64,000 bases of DNA. Origin: Rhodosorus marinus CCMP1338 (taxonomy: Eukaryota; Plantae; Rhodophyta). The position numbers were made by a program, and so were the translations under genes. The notes beneath the pieces were generated by a model. It saw nothing but the letters and a program-made list of their open reading frames with translations. It was not told where the DNA came from and ran no database searches. This document shows, one piece after another, positions 36,455 to 48,600 of this stretch (positions are counted from its first letter, which is position 1; each line of letters begins with the position of its first letter). The stretch lies in assembly GCA_029953675.1 (NCBI GenBank), contig JAMWBK010000012.1, positions 620,001 to 684,000 on the forward strand, in the 5' to 3' direction.

Positions 36455-37850
36455 CAACGTTTACAAACCGGCAGCCTTCGCCCGAACCCGCCGACATACG
36501 CGGATCTTGAACCTGGTATACCACGAACTTCGGCCTATCGTACGGCAAGCCGGTCTTGAGATTGAACGTGAAAAGCCCGTGCCTGTTGCAAACTACCAAA
36601 GTGATGAACGCCGCGTACATGACCTCGTGGTCATTTGTGACGATCGCCGCCGTGAGACGTACGTTGATCTTACCGTTCCTAATCCTCAGGCTAGTTGTTA
36701 TCTGCCGGCTGCGGGAGAGCGCCGTAGATTTTTTGCTGCCAGTATGAGACGTCGCAAAAAGTTGAAATACGCGGGTATTTTGTGTTCCCCAGGCATTCGT
36801 GCTTCGGCTCTAACTCATCGCGTGGCACCTCTGGTCATTGAGTGCTTTGGGTTTCTGGATTCGGTTGGTTCTCGTTGGCCACGGGAAGTGTTCCGCGAAC
36901 GCCCTGACCGTCTTTCCTGGATTTGACAAATTCATGCATTCATTCATTCATGCGTTTTCGTGTCAAATACCCATCTCCCCTCAGCCGCTCTGCGCCGGGG
37001 GCCAACAGCTTCTGTACTTCGCCGACTGAAGGAACGAGGATATGATGAGCGCATGGCCGGTCTGCCCTGTGCAGAGGGCCGTTCTCACAGGTTCCAAGCT
37101 TTCATTGTGGAGAGTTTTGGGCAACTGGAAAAGTTCAGCTTGGAATGGCTGCGGAAATGTTTTACTGACCATCCGGTTGAGTATCTGGGACTCCTACGCG
37201 GGTTTAGTGTCGCTCTCCAGCGATATTCTGGTTTTTATTGGCTTCATTGGCTTGATTGGCTTTATTAGCTTTATTGGACTTGATAGCTTTATTGGACTTG
37301 TTAGCTTTATTAGCATAGCCTAAAGCACTACGCAAACCGTGAAAAGGAACTAAGAAATAGGTAGGGAAGCGTGCAAACCCAGGCGCCGATGGCGCGCCTC
37401 GGCAAGCATTATGCTCGAATATCGCCACAGAGAGACACTTACACGCCGCAAAAGCTCCAAGTATTCAACAGGATGCTCGGTGAAACATTTCCGCAACCAC
37501 TCCAAACCCGTCTTCTCCACGTAACCAAAGCTTTCATAATGAAAGCCTGGAACCGGTGAGAGCGAGCCTCAGCGCGAGGCAAACTGGCCATGCTCTCAGC
37601 ACACCGCGTTCCTTCACGCAGCGAAGGGCCGAAGCAACTGTTTCCCGCGGGCGGCAGCCGTGAGATGCGCTCTTGCCACAGGCATGAAATCGCGAGGTCA
37701 ACATATGCTGAGCGTCTAGCGGCAGCCTAAAGCGCTACGATATTCTAGGAGCATGCTCGCCGAGGCACCATCGCCGTCTGGGTTTACACGCTTTTCTCCC
37801 TAGTTTCTAGTTCCCTTTCACGCTCTGCGATGCGCTTCACGCTATGTTAG
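36455..37850. mobile_element. Composite of CRE fragments: B-variant (+), A-variant (+), A tail and fragment (-), A 3' end (+)
   Basis: ORF 36507 aligns to the family B RLE; 36960-37240 aligns to the family A RLE; (GGCTTTATT)-type tail at 37240-37315; the whole block is present inverted at ~49372-50720. Confidence 0.85.
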
Positions 37851-39826
37851 CCGTGCCGGACGCAAATCGGTCCCGCTTTCGTTCCTGGAGGGAGCTGTTA
37901 TGGGGACGAGCTGAAGCGATTGAGGATTCTCCCCTGGACCGAGTTCTTGCCGATGACGGAGAGGCTAGCCCCGGGTCACCTGTTGCAGGCTACCCGGGTT
38001 TGAGCCGATTGTGGAGCTCCCGCACTGATGTGATTCAACATAGCCTCACCTGGGGCCAACACACTGCCGCTCACACAGTCATGCTCAATTCTCCTCTCAC
38101 GCCGCCTACCACTGCCGCTCGTCTCCGCGGCATGGGAGGCCACCTCTCGCACTTGTGGTTAACCACTCTACCGTCGTCATTGAGTCATCGTCTCGATTTT
38201 TTCCAGTTCCGTTCTGCCGCACGGATCTATCTCGGTTTCCCACAGGCTCCGTGGCACTCTAATCGGCCGTCCTTTCTGTCAGGGATGTGAGAGCCGGATT
38301 GACGCTTGTGGCTAGCACTTCCTGGGTTCCTGCGGACTGTTGCGAGGTCTCCGTACGAGGCGTCACACTCGCCTCAAGTACATCCTCAGCGAATTATTGA
38401 CTCGGATAGGGCATACGGTTGAGGTTGAGTCGGAACTGCCCAGATCAATCTCGGACTCTGCACCGCCCCGTTGTATAGACGATCTCCTCGTCTCCGACGC
38501 TGCTGCCAGACGCTCAACATACGTGGAGCTTGCGATTACCTGCCCCGTGGCCAGCGCCCACCTCACCGCAGCCGCCCGCCGCCGGGGGGCCGCGGCTTCA
38601 GCCCTTCGAAGAGTTAAGGAACGACGGTATGCTGAGAGCATGGCCAGTCTGCCTTGCGCTGAGGGTCGCTCTCACCGGTTCCAGCCATTCATTGTGGAAA
38701 GCTTTGGTCACGTGGATAAGTCGGGTTTAGAGTGGTTGCGGAAATGTTTTGCTGAGCATCCTACTGAATATTTGGCGCTCTGCAAATATCCTTTCTTGGG
38801 ACTTGCACCGTGCTGCATATGGCCGACTCCTCGCGCAGATGGTCTCATCTTCTCGCGCTCGCGCCCGCCTACGTAGTCTTGGAGGGGTTATTAGCTCTCA
38901 GTGGCTCATGACCGTACCAGCCTTTCCGCCACTCACACTGTCGGATTTCGAAGTGCGTACTTCACTGCGCTTATACCTCGGCTTACATCAGCCCCCTTGG
39001 CCGTACGAGATGGGTTCGTCGTGCCCTCTCTGCTCTCAGACTGAAGACAACGCAGATTTTGGCGCCCACCTGCTCGCTAGTTGCCCGGCGGTGAAAGGTG
39101 CTCGAACCCGCCGCCATACACGGATCTTGAACCTGTTATACCGGGAACTTCGGCCTATAGTCCGGCAAGCCGGTCTGGAAATCGAACGTGAGAAACCTTT
39201 ACCCGTCGCGGACTTTCAAAATGATGAACGCCGTGTAGCCGACCTGGTGATCACCTGTGACGACAGCCGCCGTACCACATACGTTGATCTTGCTGTTCCT
39301 AACCCTCAAGCTAGTCGTTATCTCCCGGCTGCGGGGGAGCGCCGTGGATCTGCCGCCGCCAGCATGAGACGCCGCATAGAGATCAAATACGCGGGGGCTT
39401 TGTCTTCCCCTGGTGTTCGTGCTTCGGCACTAGCCCATCGCTTGGTACCCCTGATCATTGAGTGCTTTGGGTTCATGGACTCTGTTGGTTCTCGCTGGCT
39501 TCGGGAGTTGTTCCGCGAACGCCCTGACCGTCTTCAATCGTTGTTTACCCGCTTAAGTTTCCTGCTGTGGCGCATGATTGCCGCTTTGATGTTGGAGGCG
39601 CGAGTACTTCGCCGCGCTTAGTCTTTTTTTCCCCTCGGGGTTTTTTTTTCAGCCTCCGATTAAAGCATTCGTCTTGAGGCGTTTAAGTGTCTCCTTTTGG
39701 CGATATTCCAGCCACATGCTTTATGAGGCGCGCCATCGGCGCCCGGGGTTGCATGCTTCCCTCCCTACTTACTAGTTCATCTTCACGCCTTGCGTAGCCC
39801 TTCAGGCTATGCTAGTAAATTCCAAT
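37851..39826 (+). mobile_element. 5'-truncated CRE family A copy interrupted by a family B insertion (38781-39671)
   Basis: A sequence ...tatttggcgctc stops at 38780 and resumes as tcttgaggcg at 39672; the B fragment carries ORF 38749-39621 and a 3' tail; A ends in the stem-loop plus tail. Confidence 0.9.
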
Positions 39827-40209
39827 AGTAAATCCATCCATCCATCCCTCCATCGATAACGTCGTCCCCAGGGGTCAAATCGGGTCTGTGGAGATTCTGG
39901 AAGCTCTCTTGCTAAATGCGGGAACGTGGACGGATGGCAGTGGGTTGATATTCTATACTGCTGGCAACGGATGATCAGTGCGATTTTTCTCGTTTGCACT
40001 CTCAACTAGTGGTGAGTGCGCTTCTCCTCCACAGAGTCCTATTCAGCAGCGCCTTTTTACATCCTACAGATGCTCATCTCTCGGGCTTGAATGAGTGGCC
40101 ACCGCATGGAGAAGTTGAGATGCCTCCTGTAGTGGGGGCATCTTGGGAAGAGGACTTTGAGCTTGTTCAGGTCGTTCTGTGATGTAATTACGGAGCTGCA
40201 GTAGGCACT
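39827..40209. repeat. ~380-bp spacer X, present inverted at 48999-49371
   Basis: ccatccatccatccctccatcga...gagctgcagtaggcac matches the reverse complement of 48999-49371. Confidence 0.9.
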
Positions 40210-40635
40210 GGTCTTGCTAGCATAGCCGAAAGCGCTACGGACGGCGTAAGGGGATTTTGATAGGAGACGTAAAGCGTGTAGACCAGGGCTGCCGGTTTGT
40301 AAACATTTTCGAAAGGGATTCCGTTTCCAAGGGATAACATTGGCAATTTTATTATTTAGCTATCTACGAATACTAGGTGAGCTGTTGTCACCTGTGGCTT
40401 GCATTGCTAGAATATAAGCCTTCTGTCAGGGCCCCGACCGGCTGTTGTTTTGTTGACCCATTTGCGCTCACTGCTGTGATGTGTGAAGGGCTGATCTGAT
40501 GTTGGGGCACGCCTGATTTGCGCCTTCACTAGTTTTCCTTTGCCCCTGAGTGAGGTTTCTTGATAAACACATAATGATCCTGTGCATGTGTGTAAAGTCT
40601 ACAGATAGGCGTCCCCAGTGCTAGTTCTGCAACTT

Positions 40636-41469
40636 TCAGCACGTGCGTCTTGTCGATGAAAAAGGAGCAATGCATTTCGGTGGCGGCCTACGCCTTGTTT
40701 TGGATTCGCTGACATAGCACTGGTCGCAAGTTGTACCGCTGCTTACTGGTTGGCACGCGTCTCCGCACTTGTTCCCGAACGTTACAACTGCTTGTTCGGG
40801 ATATGCATAGCAGATTGTCGTACCCCAGTAGCAGCTTGTTACACCCGTTATTGGGTTGATACCGCACGTCGCAGCCCCGGTATTTCCACACACACTCGTC
40901 ACCGTCATCTTCAGACCGGTGTAATCCCGCTCGTTAACAATGCATGCGCCGCTCTTGGTTTTACACTGATACAGCTTCTGCGGTTGATTGTTTGGTATAG
41001 CGCAAATCACGTTGACCTTGTTCACAAAGTCTGCCAGTTTACAACTGCCGCTAGTAGCAATCTCCTTCAACTTGCTCTTCAAAGCGTTGTCCATGACAGT
41101 TGGTATACCTTCGTCATACCACATCTGCGGACACTGGCACAGCTCGCATTCCAAATTATGGTCCGAGTCCACGTTGCATGTAGCCTTTCTAAGGTTGATC
41201 TTATTCTGGATCAAGTTGGGGTTGGGAGGACACGAACCTCCACACTTGTTTCCTTCGCTAGCCTTGCATGTCACCACCTGGCACTTGCTGTCGCAGCATG
41301 ATGAACATTCATCGGAATCGCAAGGAATCGGGGTAGGGACCGGGGTCGGTGTCACTGTAGGAGTCGGGGTTGCACGTTGCTCCCGTGGAGAATCTTGCGC
41401 TCGCAATGTGACAGCTACGGTCGCTCCCACCAATCCAAGCACCACAAAAGCCAACCCGTGTATCTTCAT
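40636..41469 (-). CDS. Unknown secreted Cys-rich protein, copy 3 (277 aa)
   Basis: Intact paralog. Confidence 0.85.
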   Translation of the reverse strand: MKIHGLAFVVLGLVGATVAVTLRAQDSPREQRATPTPTVTPTPVPTPIPCDSDECSSCCDSKCQVVTCKASEGNKCGGSCPPNPNLIQNKINLRKATCNVDSDHNLECELCQCPQMWYDEGIPTVMDNALKSKLKEIATSGSCKLADFVNKVNVICAIPNNQPQKLYQCKTKSGACIVNERDYTGLKMTVTSVCGNTGAATCGINPITGVTSCYWGTTICYAYPEQAVVTFGNKCGDACQPVSSGTTCDQCYVSESKTRRRPPPKCIAPFSSTRRTC

Positions 41470-42647
41470 CCTTGTTACTTTTCAGTTGTTGTCTCTCCTA
41501 TGTCAATGTCCTCCTCTTGCTTAAAGGCAATATCTAATTGAGTGATCTGACCAACCCCAGAGTCATTTGAAACAACCTGATCTCAAGTCCCGCTCTTATA
41601 GGGACGCCGCGGTGGCAAACAGTTAACGTTGGGCCGCTCCAAGCAGCTAAACTTGCCTCCAAGATATGACGTTCGGCAAAGCATCAGCAGCTGCCGCAGT
41701 TGACGGGTGTCAAAAAAACACATCGTACCCCTTGCTGTGGTGGGTCTATCAAGCACTTCTCAACCTCAATCGATAAGGTTTTCAATAGTTAGCGCTCGCT
41801 CAGAACGGTTTTCCCGAATACTGGCTGCACTGCGGAGGAGACCAGGTTGGGAAACCCACTATCAGCATCCTAGCGAGTCCCGCTATCACTGTCCTGGCTT
41901 GTACAGTTGTGCTCCGCAACTCTATAAATTTGCTCTTCCTGCGTGAGTTAGCATCGCACTGAGCTTCGGTAGTTTGAAGAAAGCGGTCTCTTGCCCCCCA
42001 CAATGCCCTGCAGAGCGTAAGCAGACGCAGACGTGCGCAAAACCAGCACCACCAGTAAATCCATCAGAATCATGATAACCTCACCTTCATTGGACAACAC
42101 CTGATATGAAAAGGTTTTTATTTAAAACTCATGAATCTTCTTCGTCAGAGCTGAAAGAAAAAAACGACTATCGGCGGCGAAGGTCGCGCGCTCCAACATC
42201 AATGCAGCGTTCTTTCGCCACAGCAAGCCACTTGTACGGGTAAACATCGAGGAGGGACGGTCAGGACGTTCGCGGAACAACTCCCGAAGCCAAGGAAAAC
42301 CAACGGAATCCATAACCCAAAAGGACTGAATGACTCGAGCTACGAGGCGATCAAATTCAGAGCCAAAGCACGAACGCCTGGGGGAGACAGAGCCCCCGCG
42401 ATATTTCAACTCTTTCGCGACCTCTCTACTGGCAGCGGCAAATGCACGGCGCTCTCCCAGCGGACAGTTAACAACTAGCCTGAGTATTCGGAACTTCCTG
42501 TGGTGAGGTCACTTCGCAGGCAGATTGATGCGCAACGTGTGCACGTTGCTTTTTTTCGTCCGTGCGGACGAAAAAAGCAGTTGCGTTGGGGTACATACGA
42601 TAGTGGAAAAAAAACAAACTGAAACAAGACGAAACTGCCCCATTGCT

Positions 42648-42753
42648 CCTGACGGTGATGGTAAGAGCTCTTTCACTATCATATACCTCTCGCCAGGAAA
42701 AAAAAAAATCAACAGTCAAGACTATTAATGGAAAACTGACCATCACCGTCAGG
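42648..42753. mobile_element. 106-bp MITE-like element, 15-bp perfect TIR
   Basis: cctgacggtgatggt...accatcaccgtcagg; flanks ccccattgct and gcccattgtt (8/10 match, possible TSD). Confidence 0.7.
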
Positions 42754-44407
42754 GCCCATTGTTGTCTTGTTTTAGTTCTGTTCACAAAAATAGGACTTAT
42801 CCCTCCTCACTCACTCACCCCCCCCTCTCAGAACAAAAAATTATCACCAGAACCAGTACCCCTTCTATTTTTAATCCTAAATGGAGCGGGAAGTTCTTTC
42901 TCAGAGCCTTTGGAGACGTTACGGGGTATATTTTTTTTTATTACACCGTCCCCCAAAATCAAGCAACCCCACTGATCAAAGAGTAGCTTAGTATTATATA
43001 GATAATATACGGGGTCAGGTTAGTCTGGGTTTACGTTGGTTCTAGGTGTAGATGTTATTGGTTCTAATCTACGCTATTAACCCTAGGCTAGTTTGAGGAG
43101 CCCAGATCGCTTATCGAGTTCCTACAATTTCTGTAGTCGACGATCATATACAATGAGGACGAACGATCTCCGGCTTACATACGATACAATCTTCCACATT
43201 CAATGAATTAAAATAAAAGACCCCATAACATCTATATTTCTGCATCATTTCCGCATACCGGCTATCTACGATCTATTTACGATACAGCTTATATTACTGC
43301 GGCACACCTTAAGTCCCCCCCGCAAAGGGCAAAGTTTCAGCCTCGTTCTTCCCGACTCTGAGTGGTTCAGAGCCATGCGGACAAATGGAGTGCCAAAAAT
43401 TATGATCGTAGACACCCCACCAGCACCGTCAGGACCCAATATATGCTGTTTTGGGGTTGTTTCAATTTTGTTTTCAAGATTTTCACGGTGAGCGATGATG
43501 CTCAGTAGCGAATGGAACCCAACTGCAAATGCACCCTGCCTTTGTAAGTATCATTTTGTGGGTCAAATTGCCCGGAAAGCAGTGACACACAACGTGGTCC
43601 GGGACGTTCTGGACGAACGTGGTCCGGGACGTTCTGGTCATGCTACTCAGACTGTGGAGGCTGGAGGTGACCTTGGAACCGACCGGACACTACCCATACT
43701 GTCACCTGCTTAACAGGGAGCTCTCAATTTAAAAAACAAAAGTTTGAGTATCAGATGTTGTCCAATACGCCAATGACAGCACAGGTTCTCCTTTTAGTGC
43801 CCAGTCATAGATTTTCGTGGTTTTACTCGTGGTGCTGGTTTTGCGCACGTTTGCGTATTGCTGACGCTCTGCCCTGCGTCGTGCGGGGCAAGAGACCGCT
43901 TTCTTCAACCTACCAAAGCTTAACGCAAGGAATGCCCAGGAAGAGCAAATTAATAAAGTTGCGGAGCACAACTGTACAAGCCAGGACAGTGATAGCGGGA
44001 CTCGTCTAGGATGCTGATAGTGGGTTTCCCAACCTCGTCTCCTACGCAGTGCAGCCAGTATATAGAAAACCGTTCTGGCATAGCGGTAACTCTTGAAAAA
44101 CTTATCAATTGAGGCTGATAAGTGCTTGATAGGTCCACCACAGCAAGGGGTACGATGGGTTTTTTTGACACCTGCCACCCACGGTAGATGCTGATACTGT
44201 GGCGAACGTCATATCTTGGAGGCAAGTCTAGCTGCTTGGAGCGGCCCAACGTTAACTGCTTGCCACCGCGGCGTCCCTATAAGAGTGGGACTTGAGATGG
44301 GTTGCTTCAAATGACTCTGGAGTTGGTCAGATCACTCAATTAGATATTGCCTTTAAGCAAGAGGAAGACATTGACATAGGAGAGACAACAACTGAAAAGT
44401 AACAAGG

Positions 44408-45241
44408 ATGAAGATACACGGATTGACTTTTGTGGTGCTTGGATTGGTGGGAGCGACCGTAGCTGTCACATTGCGAACGCAAGATTCTCCACGGGAGCAA
44501 CGTGCAACCCTGACCCCTACAGTGACACCGACCCCGATCCCTACCCCGATTCCTTGCGATTCCGATGAATGCTCATCATGCTGCGACAGCAAGTGCCAGG
44601 TGGTGACATGCAAGGCTAGCGAAGGAAACAAGTGTGGAGGTTCGTGTCCTCCCAACCCCAACTTGATCCAGAATAAGATCAACCTTAGAAAGGCTACATG
44701 CAACGTGGACTCGGACCATAATTTGGAATGTGAGCTGTGCCAGTGTCCGCAGATGTGGTATGACGAAGGTATACCAACTGTCATGGACAACGCTTTGAAG
44801 AGCAAGTTGAAGGAGATTGCTACTAGCGGCAGTTGTAAACTGGCAGACTTTGTGAACAAGGTCAACGTGATTTGCGCTATGCCAAACAATCAGCCACAGA
44901 AGCTGTACCAGTGTAAAACCAAGAGCGGCGCATGCATTGTTAACGAGCGGGATTACACCGGTCTGAAGATGACGGTGACGAGTGTGTGTGGAAATACCGG
45001 GGCTGCGACGTGCGGTATCAACCCAATAACGGGTGTAACAAGCTGCTACTGGGGTACGACAATCTGCTATGCATATCCAGAACAAGCAGTTGTAACGTTC
45101 GGGAACAAGTGCGGAGACGCGTGCCAACCAGTAAGCAGCGGTACAACTTGCGACCAGTGCTATGTCAGCGAATCCAAAACAAGGCGTAGGCCGCCACCGA
45201 AATGCATTGCTCCTTTTTCATCGACAAGACGCACGTGCTGA
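44408..45241 (+). CDS. Unknown secreted Cys-rich protein, copy 4 (277 aa)
   Basis: Intact paralog. Confidence 0.85.
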   Translation: MKIHGLTFVVLGLVGATVAVTLRTQDSPREQRATLTPTVTPTPIPTPIPCDSDECSSCCDSKCQVVTCKASEGNKCGGSCPPNPNLIQNKINLRKATCNVDSDHNLECELCQCPQMWYDEGIPTVMDNALKSKLKEIATSGSCKLADFVNKVNVICAMPNNQPQKLYQCKTKSGACIVNERDYTGLKMTVTSVCGNTGAATCGINPITGVTSCYWGTTICYAYPEQAVVTFGNKCGDACQPVSSGTTCDQCYVSESKTRRRPPPKCIAPFSSTRRTC

Positions 45242-45670
45242 AAGTTGCAGAATTAACATTGGAGACGCCTATCTGTGGACTTTGCACACATGCACAGGAC
45301 CAGTGTTTGTTTATTAGGAGACCTAACTCAGGGGCAAAAGAAAACTAGTGACGGCGCCAATCACGCGCCTCCAATGTCAGATAAGTGTTCATACACCGCA
45401 GAAGTAAACTCAAATGGGTCAACAAAACAAGAACAGACGGTCGGGTCCCTCACAGAAGGCTTATATTCTAGCAATGCAAGCCACAGGTGACAACAGCTCA
45501 CCTAGTATTCGTAGATAGCTAAATAATAAAATTGCCAATTTTATCCCTTGGAAACGGAATCCCTTTCGAAAATGTTTACAAACCGGCAGCCCTGGTCTAC
45601 ACGCTTTACTTCTCCTATCAAAATCCCCTTACGCCGTCCGTAGCGCTTTCGGCTATGCTAGTAAGACCAG

Positions 45671-48600
45671 CAGACTGAGGGCATGGCGGTGGAGGACGCC
45701 CAGGTTACTTTGCTGAAGCCCGCGGGATCCGTTCCGCGAGCCTCGCGGAGTGGGAGGCTCACGACTTTGGTGCGGATAGGAGGTAAGAGAGCGAGGACCG
45801 ACTCCCCCGGGTCTAAGGGGGAGAAGCACGATTAGCGCTCCAGGCACGGCTGCGAGGTCGCAGCCTATGGATCTACAGTCTTATGTCCTGAAGGAGGGCG
45901 GAGACTGGGGCATTTGGCGTACGCGTTTTCGGAGTTGGCTCCGGCGGTGGATTTCTTTGGAAGGAGGCTCGCTTCCCCTCCGTGGGGGCATTCCCCCAGT
46001 CGTCCTTCCTCGTGGAGACCTTCTGGTAGCTGGAACCATTCTCGATTTCATCTTCACGAGCCTGGCTCGCAACATTCGGGACACAGTCATTTGGGTTTTT
46101 CTGGGGGTCATGCCGCGCCTGATTCTGGCCCCCATTCACACATCGGAGCGCAGATGGCGAGTACGAGACCGACTGGCCCTGTTCTTGAAGGGAGACTTCG
46201 AAGTACTACAGCGCAGCTATTTGGCGTCGTCAGCACCATCCGCCCGTCGGACTCGGCATGGCACAGTGTCGCCCGTGCCAGCTCGAGTACAGAAATTGGT
46301 AGCAGTGGGCGATTTAAGTCGAGCGGCGCGGGTTTTGGAGGGCCAGGCGCCTGTCCTCCCCTACGATGATAGTCTCGCCCAGACGGTGTCGTCTTTGTTC
46401 CCTGAGTCCGACGTGGATTTGTCCCCTGAATTCGAGGTATTCTTGGACCGTCCGGAGTTGGCCAGGTTTCGCATCGATCTGACGCTCAGTGAGTCTGACC
46501 TGGAGGATTTGCTTCGTACCTCGCGTCGGGGACGCTGTCCTGGACCCTCCGGACTAAGAACAGAGCTATTGCAGGCCCTGAGCCAGCCTGGCCAGAGCGC
46601 GCTTCTGAGGATCCTTAACAAGTTGTTCCAGGGCGTATCGGGTGCGTCCGCGCCATGGGAACATCTCCGGCAGGCACAGCTTTGCTTGCTCACGAAACCT
46701 GACCACCAGCCGGCCCACCCGCGTCTCCGGCCGATCGGGATGGTGGAGAGCCTACGGAAGTTAGCCGGGAGGTGGCTATGCCAGCGCCTTCGCCAGCGCG
46801 TCACAGCTTTTATGGCGCCCTTGCAAGTAGGGGTGGGATTTTCTGGGGTTGCGAACTGATCACCCATGGGATCGAGCTAGAACGCGCCAGTAGGCCGGAG
46901 TGGGGAGTCTTGGTGGTTGATTTCCGGAACGCATTCAACAGCGTGTCGCGGACGCATGCGCTAGAGGTGCTCCGACGTGTGTTTCCGGAGGCGTGGCCGT
47001 TTCTATCGGGTATTTACGGAGGGGAGAGCCTCCCTACTTGACAACGGAGGGCACTGTTTTTCAAGCACATACTGGCGTCCAACAAGGCGACCCTTGCGGA
47101 CCTCTTCTTCATGCCTGTGCCCTACAGCTCGTACTTTTACGTCTTTCGACTGAGGTCTCGGATCTTCGAATCTGCGCGTACCACGATGACGTAACATTGC
47201 TGGGCACCCCTGACACCCTGGCTAGGGACTGACCGCGATCGAAGCGATTGCACGTCGCGTCGGTTTGACTGTGGAAACAGAAAAATGTCGCTTTCTCCCC
47301 CGAGGGACGTGTCGCTGAACTCTCTGCCACCCACTCTGCGACTAATCAGCGAACGTGAAGGGTTCGAACACCACGGCGTCGGATTGGGGACTGACAACTT
47401 TGTCCAAGCATCCTGCGAGCGAGTTTTGGCACGGCACAAGCAACTCACCGACGCCATTGAGCACCTACCCGACAGCATGCTGCAATCGGCCTGCTTGCTT
47501 TCCCGCTTTTGTGCCGGTCCCAGACTCAACTACTGGTTGCGCAGCCTGCCTCCAGCTTGGGGCTCGTGGATCGCGGCTAAAGCCGACGAAATGACCCTGC
47601 AACACTGGGGAACGCTCTTGGATGAGCCCCTCGATCTTGAAGCTGCTCCCGACAGGGATTTTATTCGTGCACAGATCGCTCTACCGTTGCGATTAGGGGG
47701 ATTCGGCGTCGCAGACCGTGGGCTGCTATGCTCGCCAGCGGCGGTTGCCTCCTGGGCTACCGCGCTGCGAACGTTGGTGACCTTCCGGATGCGAAGTGCC
47801 TGCCTCTTGGCTCGAGCTTTGACCAACGAGGATCCAGTGACCCTGCCGCCCCCGCTTTTGACAATTTATGATGGTCTTCAACACGCGTTCAGGAGGTGCA
47901 ACGCCGTGCCGGACGCAAATCGGTCCCGCTTTCGTTCCTGGAGGGAGCTGTTATGGGGACGAGCTGAAGCGATTGAGGATTGTCCCCTCGACCGAGTTCT
48001 TGCCGATGACGGAGAGGCTAGCCCCGGGTCCCCTGTTGCAGACTACCCGGGTTTGAGCCGATTGTGGAGCTCCCGCACTGATGTGATTCAACATAGCCTC
48101 ACCTGGGGCCAACACAGTGCCGCTCACACAGTCATGCTCAATTCTCCTCTCACGCCGCCTACCACTGCCGCTCGTCTCCGCGGCATGGGAGGCCACCTCT
48201 CGCACTTGTGGTTAACCACTCTACCGTCGTCATTGAGTCATCGTCTCGATGCTTTCCAGTTCCGTTCTGCCGCACGCATCTATCTCGGTTTGCCACAGGC
48301 TCCGTGGCACTCTAATCGGCCGTCTTTCTGTCAGGGATGTGAGAGCCGGATTGACGCTTGTGGCTACCACTTCCTGGGTTCCTGCGGACTGTTGCGAGGT
48401 CTCCGTACGAGGCGTCACACTCGCCTCAAGTACATCCTCAGCGAATCTTTGACTCGGATAGGGCATACGGTTGAGGTTGAGTCGGAACTGCCCAGATCCA
48501 TCTCGGACTCTGCACCGCCCCGTTGTATAGCCGATCTCCTCGTCTCCGACGCTGCTGCCAGACGCTCAACATATGTGGACCTTGCGATTACCTGCCCCGT

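Noticed and set aside
39994-40182. Small ORF conserved in both copies of spacer X
   Set aside because: TTG start, differing C-termini; conservation is explained by recent duplication.
43053-43230. Solo LTR (TGTTAT...AATAAAA...ATAACA)
   Set aside because: No 5-bp direct TSD (gtaga versus tctat), and the inverted paralog near 53460 lacks the TGTTAT start; suggestive only.
45671-45866. HDV-like ribozyme at the 5' end of the long family A element
   Set aside because: Only competing simple hairpins (ccgcga/tcgcgg, gagcctc/gaggctc) are visible; I could not build the nested double pseudoknot, and the region reads plausibly as frameshifted coding sequence.
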